A DNA stretch of 64,000 nucleotides from Octopus vulgaris (Eukaryota), in contig OX597814.1 in the NCBI GenBank assembly GCA_951406725.2, positions 216,070,001 through 216,134,000 of the forward strand, read 5' to 3'. Within the stretch, counting starts at the first letter, position 1; each line of letters begins with the position of its first letter. Shown here piece after piece: positions 56,405-64,000 of this stretch. Under the pieces are notes generated by a model. The model was not told the origin of the DNA and searched no databases. It saw nothing but the letters and a program-made list of their open reading frames with translations. Made by a program: the position numbers and the translations under genes.

Positions 56405-57340
56405 AATACCAGATGGAAGATTATTAAATGCCAGATGGAAGATTGCAAAGATAAAGCATTGTACAAGTACTTGAGAATGAATGAAACTGAAAATAGGTGG
56501 ATAAAGAAAAGAATGAATGGAAAATTTCATAGGGATATTGAAAATAAGACAGACAGAGAAAAAAGATGGCTTTGGATTACTAAAAGTGATTTAAAACCGA
56601 GAACAGAGACTCTAATCTGTGCTGCCTAAGAGCAAGCATTAAAAACCAATTGCATCAAATACAGAATAGACAACACTGCATAAAGTGATAAGTACAGAGT
56701 TTGTAAACAAAATGGTGAAACCGTATGGCGTATTACCAGTCAAAGAGCGCCAGTAACCCATAAAGAATATAAGAGAATTCATGAAAATAGAGCAAAGATT
56801 GTCCATTGGACACTTTGCAACAGGTATAGACTCGACAAAGTAAAACAGTGGTATAAATATAAACCCGAAATCATCATCGAAAATGATAATGTAAAGATCC
56901 TGTGGGATTTTATGATTGAGTGCGACAATGAGATAGAGGATAGGAAACCAGACATAGTCTTATTTGAGAAAGAAAGCAAACGATGCTGGATCATAGATAT
57001 AGCGTGCCCAGCTGACAAGAAGTTATGCGATAAAGAAGAAAGAAAAGTCGATATATATAACAGGTTAGCTTGGGAGGTTAAGCTGTTGTGGTCGATGAAA
57101 AAGGTGGTAGTAATATCAATAATTGTTGGACCCCTGGGAAAAGTGAGTAAAAATCTTGAGAAATATATGAAACAAATCGGGCTGCAATAAGGGCGGAGCA
57201 CTTGTAGAAAACAGCACTGCTTGGAACCGATCGAATATTCCAGATGGTGCTCAAAAAATAAGGGGTGTTACCTTAGTTCAGTGGACAGCTGACACCGTAG
57301 TACATCTCCAGCATTAGAAGCTGTGCAAAGACAACAAAAT
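56405..57340 (+). mobile_element. R4/Dong-like LINE 3' end (CCHC relic plus RLE)
   Basis: ETLICAA, KILWDFMIECDNEIEDRKPDIVLFEKESKRCWIIDIACP (PD..D RLE). It ends in (AAT)n. Confidence 0.85.
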
Positions 57341-57379
57341 AATAATAATAATGATAACAATGATGATGATAAGAAGAAT

Positions 57380-59585
57380 AAGAATAATAGGCCAAACATT
57401 GTATGGAAGGACTTCAGGTAAAAATAATGCCTACTCTTTGATATGATTGTCTCAATCGACATAAACGTATCTGTCAAGACCTACCAACAACTCAGCAAGT
57501 ATAAAGATCTTGAAAAAAGAAACTGGCAAAATGTGGAACCTCAAGATATTATCACAAACAACACATGAATGTCGAAAGCCTGGCTAGATTATAAAAATGC
57601 TTTTGATATTCTACAACATAGCTGGATTACAAAATGACTAGAAATGTATAAAATAGCACCGACTCTGCAAAACGTCTTGTCTGTAAGTATGAGATCATAG
57701 AGAATAATACTGACTTTTAACAGTGACAATGAATTTCTCAATGCTGGAGTTGTAAGAATTTCATGTGGCATTTTCCAAGGTTACTCACTATCACCACTCC
57801 TCCTGTGTCTAGCCTTAATACCTCTCTCTAAATTGCTCAATGATGTACAATATGGGTATAAAATGTTTGATAAAAATATAAATCATCTCTTTTACATGGT
57901 TGATTTAAAGTTCTTTGGAAAAACTTACTAACAACTACAAGGTTTACTAGCAATTGTTAAACAATTCAGTGATGACGCCAGGATTCAATTTGGTTTCGAT
58001 AGATGTGCAAAAGCTACTTTTATAACACGAAAAATGACAGAAACATCCAACGTTAATCTTCACCAGCAGAATATCATAAAGGAGTTAGAGTCAGCGAAGA
58101 GCTAAAAATACTTAGGGATATTTGAAGGTGATGGAATAAAACATTCAATGATGAGGGAAAGGATCAGAAGAGAATGTTATCGCAGGGTAAAAGCAATACT
58201 GAAGACAGAGCTAAATGCAAGAAACAGGATCAAAGCGATCAATACTTTAGCCATACCGGTCGTGACTTATAGTTTCAATATCGTTAACTGGTCAATCACT
58301 GGAATCTGTAATCTTGACAGAAAAATCTGAAAATTGTTGACAATGCATAGAATGCACCACCCTAAGGAAGATGGACTTTTACAGCTGGAATTAGCAATGA
58401 AAATTGTCACAATTGGCCTCAACACCTACCTGGAAAACTCTGATGACTGGATGTTAAAACTTGTCTTAAAGCATGAAAACAAGAAAGCATCATACTGAGT
58501 AACAAAACAGGCAAAGGATTGTCTAAGTGAATTCCTAGTACAACAAATCCCAGAAACAAGCACAGAAAAAGCTAAGCGTATGAAGACCCGTGCTAAAACT
58601 GCTTTCTTAGATATTCTTACGGATAAATGGCCTCTCAGTGGTAAATACCAAAAGGGAGCTAATAATGCCGGTATTGACAAAGCCATTACTCATGAATGGT
58701 TAGTGTCTTCTGGCTTAAAATCTGAAACAGAGGGGTTTATCATAGCAGCCCAAGATCAATGTCTACCTAAAAGGAACTACCAAGCCAACATATTAAAGAA
58801 TAGCAGTAGCCCAACATGTCGTGTATGTAAACAACAAAATGAAACCATTGATCTATGTCCAGTCTTCTTGCGCCTACAGAGTATCTCAACAGGCATAATA
58901 GAGCAGCACAGTATATTCACTGGGTAATTTTCAGAACCTGGACCTGCCCCAGGATAAAAACTGATGGGAACACAAACCACCTCCAATACTTGAAAATGAT
59001 CACATCTCACTCCTCAGGAAATTCACCGTTCAAACTGACAGAAAAATAGATGCGAATAGGCCAGACATCATATTGAAAGACTTCAGACAAAAATCATGTT
59101 CGGCAATAAACTCACGCGTAGTCACAGTAGTTCGGTATGGCGCAGGAATCATGTTCCAATCGACATATATGTATGTCATGACTTACCAGCAACTCAGCAA
59201 GTATAAAGATCTTGAAACAGAAATTGGCAAAATGTGGAACCTCAAGACTAAAACAATACCTGTTGACATAGGTGTCCTAGAAATGATAGCAAAAGGGGCT
59301 GATTCCTACCTAGCTCTGATATCAGGAAACCCCAAAATAGCAGAAATTCAGATGATAGTGCCTATGGGAACAGCCCATATCCTACATAAGGTACTGTCTA
59401 TGTAATCTCAAATGTTAAAACAAACTCATAATTTTCTTATGTTTTCTTAAACATTCTCTAGAACAATACTTTGTGCAAAACCAAATATGTGACACACTAA
59501 GCATAATACTTCAAACTTGTTGTCTCTCGAAATCTCTGGGTGAGACTTGGAGTCAACTTGTACAAATACAAAGTAAAAGTCAAAC

Positions 59586-59640
<55 letters not shown>
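57380..59640 (+). mobile_element. R4/Dong-like LINE (RT domains, CCHC, RLE), degraded
   Basis: WLDYKNAFD, GIFQGYSLSPLL, HLFYMVDLK, ETEGFIIAAQDQ...CRVC and NRPDI. It has a (TAA)n tail. Confidence 0.85.
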
Positions 59641-59641
<1 letters not shown>

Positions 59642-60019
59642 CGCTACATAGATAAGACATAAAAATATCTATAAACATCTCAAAGTTTTAGTAAACATAG
59701 AAAGTAATAGAAAAGGTGTACAGATTTTGGGGGAGAGCTGTTAAATTGCCATCCTGTCGTATTTCGTAAATTTATATATCTTAGTTATGCTAGGTCCTCT
59801 CCAAAATTTAGATTTCTATACATAAATTCGTCCATACGCTAGAATTTTGGCTAGCTTAACTGCCTGCTACCCCTTCGTCTCCTCTCTCGCGCCTTTACCT
59901 TTCCACAGATCATAACCCAACTTTGTTTTCTGTAGTATTTCAATCAAGAGAATATCAGTGGGGGGGACACTGTTCTCCTGGAAGATTCTTCTCCTGATTT
60001 TCACCTCTTCGATGATATA

Positions 60020-61117
60020 AAGATGTAGTTCAGACTATCAAAATGTGCTGCGATGGCGATGAGACGAGGAAGGCTTGCCAGAACAGAAGGCATATGGCTA
60101 CCAAGTGGTGAAACGATGAACGCAGTTCAACCTCAGTCCAACTATAAATACCCGAGAATACTTGATGCGGATGGACTCAAATACCACGACATGAAGGAAA
60201 AGACAAAAAGAGAGTACATGCAGAGAGTGAGAAAACTATTGGCCTCAAAACTGCACACCAGAAACAAAACTTCGGCAATAAACTTACGCGTAGTCACAGT
60301 AGTTCAGTATGGCGCTGGAATCCTGAAGTGGACACAGGAGGAGCTAAAGGAGATGGACAGGAAGTCAAGAAAGCTCCTGACGATTTATGAAGCCCATCAT
60401 CAATGTGCAGACATTGATCGTCTATACATGAAGAGAGTAAATGGAGGAAGAGGACTGATAGTTATGGAAGACTGCGTGCGTATCAAACTTGAGCGCTTAA
60501 TGAGATATTAAGCCCAAAGTAAGGAAACCTTCATAGCGACAGTTAGGAACGAGTGAGTATTGATAGCAGTGAGAAAAGGGAAAACAAAGGAAGAAGTACC
60601 AAAAGGGACATGAGGAAGAATTACGCAAGAAGGGACTACACAATCAATTCCATGTAGCCACAACAGAAGTTGCTGGGAAAAGTAGGTGGGATTGGTTGAT
60701 GAAAGGAACCCTAAAAAAAGAGACCGGCAGCACAAGACCAAGCTTTGGCCACGAACTGAAGGGTCAACCTTAGGAATGAGCAAGTGTCTCTGTTGTGCCG
60801 AATCTGCAACAGAGAAGGAATGCTTAAGATTTGCCCACAAACCACTAGAAGTCGTGGCGATACTACCAGGTAGTGAAAGTGCTACATTGAAAAGTGGGGG
60901 CTAGAGAGAGGAAAGACGTGGTATGAGAACAAACCGCAGGGAGTGGCGGAGACGGAGACTAACAAAATCCTTTGGGATTTCCCAATCCAAACAGATCAGG
61001 TACTACTGCATAATAGACCGGACTTACAGGTAGTGGACAAGATGCACCACGTATGCTCTACAGTTGAAGTTGCATGCCCACGAATAGTCAATAAGGAAGG
61101 TGAAAAGATAGATAGAC

Positions 61118-61153
<36 letters not shown>

Positions 61154-61545
61154 GGATGGATGGATGGATGGATGGATGGATGGATGGATGGATGGATGGA
61201 TGGATGGATGGATGGATGGATGGATATAGATAGATAGATAGATAGATACAATCATCTCTTGTAAGTATGAAATAGCCAGGCTTTGGAAAATGGTGAAGAT
61301 AGTGCCAATTATTGTTGGTTCCTTGGGAACAGTATCAGAAGGCATTAAGAGGAATAAAATAGGAAATTGGAATAGAGTGTCCAGTAGAACTGTTACAAAA
61401 GGTTTGCCTTCTTGGCATGACCAGAATAATCAGGAAAATTATTAGCTGAAATGAACGAATAGCATGGTAGCGTAGGTTGCAGGTAATAAGGCCGCTACGC
61501 ATGCAAGACTCCAACAAAACCTGTGACAATGAGCAAATAATAATG
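60020..61545 (+). mobile_element. R4/Dong-like LINE 3' half from another subfamily, interrupted by (GATA)n(GATG)n
   Basis: YGAGILKWTQEELKEMDRKSRK...DRLYMKRVNGGRGL, KILWDFPIQTD...NRPDL. Confidence 0.8.
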
Positions 61546-62510
61546 ATAATACCAATAGGGAGCAAACAAATTTGTAGCCTTAATTCCTGGAATCCTAAAG
61601 TAAGTGAATCACAAATGACCATACACATAGTGACCTCATATATATTACGTAAATTCCTCTCAATGTTATTGCAGTAGTATTCATTCGGCTGTATTATGAA
61701 ATTTATAAAAGAAATTTTTAGATATATTTATTTATAACACACGGACATCAATTTGTTTACAACTGCAAATTCGGCTTTAGGTGAGGTTATATTTTCACAT
61801 AATTATGTCAGCAAATATTACACGATTTACTAGAAATAATTATGCGATTATCAGAAATAGCAATATCAGCCAACACTTTAATCATGGGCAATCATCAGCA
61901 ATCATGGGAATGCATCAATTAGGAAATTACGAAAACTGGAACTTATATAGGATACAAGATAAAAATTTGGGTTAAATGGATACAAAGTATTTCTAAATAC
62001 AGAAAATTAATAATAATCCTTTCATCTGGAAGCACAAGGCTTCAAATTAGTACCAGTGCATAACTGCTACTAATTTTATCATGCCCGAAAGGATGAAAGG
62101 CAAAGTCAACCTCGGTGGAATGTGAACTCAGAACGTAACAGTAGATGAAATAACACTAAGCATTTTGTCCGGCGTGCTAACGATTCTGCTAGCTCGCCGC
62201 CTTAATAATACAAGTAATTATTAATAATGATAATAATAATAATAATAATTAGTTAACGATAAGCATCCTTGTCCCAAAACATTCTGTTTCCTGCTTCATT
62301 TCACATTCTGATTCCTGCTTCTCACATATACACAAGTCAGTGTCCAATGTAACTTTTCATCTTATAAAAGCTTATGTCAATCCCGGCTCAACTGCGCTGA
62401 TTGTTACATTTTATAAATCTACTAATCTGAATGTTTCAAGGTAAAATTACCTTTTCGCACTATCCATTGCTTTCACCCTCCGCTTCATTAGCACCCTGTC
62501 TGTTTGTCTG

Positions 62511-62575
<65 letters not shown>

Positions 62576-62811
62576 AAAATCACCTTTTATCAATTCAAAA
62601 TGAACAATTAAATTACACCATCTGTAATTACATATATGTAATTTTCTAGATGATGTAATTTAATTGTTAATTTTTTAAATTTTGAATTGATAAAAGGTGT
62701 TTTGTTTTCTAATTTTTATATATATATATATTATATTTTGTGAAATTTGATTTAGTATTTCTAAATTGAGTTTTTCCCTGTAAGTTAGGAATAATATTCC
62801 CTCAAATTATT

Positions 62812-62843
<32 letters not shown>

Positions 62844-63022
62844 TAAGAAGGTATTGTTGTTCACTTGAAGCATTGTATATTGTTTGTAAAATATAATGTG
62901 ACTTGAATGGCACAACAATGCACTAAACTAACAACGTTACAATTTAATCATCCATAGTCTGATATAATATTTTGGAATATCAAAATTCCTAGGGATTAGC
63001 AGTGACTCAATGAATTCCTAGG

Positions 63023-63066
63023 GATAACTGAAGAAGGAATTTCTATATTCCGAAATATTATATCAG
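63023..63066 (+). ncRNA. Candidate minimal hammerhead ribozyme motif
   Basis: Reads gataa CTGAAGA a GGAAT ttctat ATTCC GAAA tattata TC ag. The core and the 5-bp stem II are intact, but stem I is weak. Confidence 0.4.
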
Positions 63067-63224
63067 ACTATGGATGATTTAATTATAGCAGTTATTATAG
63101 TCCATTGTTGTTATTATGGTGTTGTGCCATTCAAGACACACACACACATATATATATATAATATATTATATATATATATGTATGTATGTGTGTATGTATG
63201 TATGTGTGTATGTATGTATGTATG

Positions 63225-63255
<31 letters not shown>

Positions 63256-63594
63256 ATGTGTGTGTATATGTATATATATATATGCATGTATGTATGTATA
63301 TAAAGGAATACAAAAAAAGGGACAAGGACGCAAAACATCCAGACAGATGATACGAAAAAGAGACAAGAATAAAAGGACGGGTCATCTCAAGTGACATACC
63401 ATGCGTAAGAAAATACCATAATTAATAATTAAGAATGCTACAAGTATCACCAGCACGCTAGAAATGGCAGTCAGAAGACAACTATAACCACAAAACAATT
63501 AGTTCGTTATTGGGACAGGGACTCATTGCCCTGATTTCAATTAATATGTGTCAGAGAAATTTTTTGGTTGTAGTCGTATTGCTCTCAGCACTCT

Positions 63595-64000
63595 TAATTA
63601 TTCTTTTCTACTCTAGGCACACAGACCGAAATTTTGGGGGAGGCAGCCAGTGGATTAGAATAACCCCACCATGCAACTGGTACTTAATTTATAGACCCTG
63701 AAAAGATGAAAGGTGAAGTTGACCTCGGCGGAATTTGAACTCAGAACATAGCGGCAGACAAAATACCTATTTCTTTATTACCCACTAGGGGCTAAACATA
63801 GAGGAGACAAACAAGGAAAGACAAACGGATTAAGTCGATTATATCGACCCCAGTGCGTAACTAGTACTTATTTTAATCGACCCCGAGAGGATGAAAGGCA
63901 AAGTCGACCTCAGTGGAATTTGAACTCAGAACATAACGGCAGACGAAATACCTATTTCTTTACTACCCACAAGGGGCTAAACACAATGAGGACAAACAAG
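63595..64000 (-). mobile_element. Tandem Nin-type SINE copies running off the window end
   Basis: Same unit as 15691-16101. Confidence 0.75.

Overview
This is AT-rich, repeat-dense eukaryotic intronic and intergenic DNA. The SINE/LINE families and microsatellite load resemble an octopus (coleoid cephalopod) genome; this is an inference. The only convincing host gene is a minus-strand PARP14/PARP9-like gene with six phase-1 exons between 36219 and 4201, encoding RRM-like repeats, a long KH-like region and a MacroD-type macrodomain. One exon has a 1-nt frameshift in an A7 run. A candidate promoter and first-exon region at about 45.4-45.8 kb is rich in IRF, STAT and ETS motifs. The rest is transposon debris: RTE LINEs whose 3' UTRs carry variable tandem hairpin arrays, R4/Dong-like and CRE-like RLE LINEs, tRNA-derived SINEs, hAT elements, Helitrons with 23-aa STPR-like repeats, and Penelope-like pieces. 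Several fold-back (inverted-repeat) modules sit inside (TA)n tracts, and some of them contain recognisable minimal hammerhead ribozyme cores. All calls were made by eye, and repeat boundaries are approximate unless termini or TSDs are cited.
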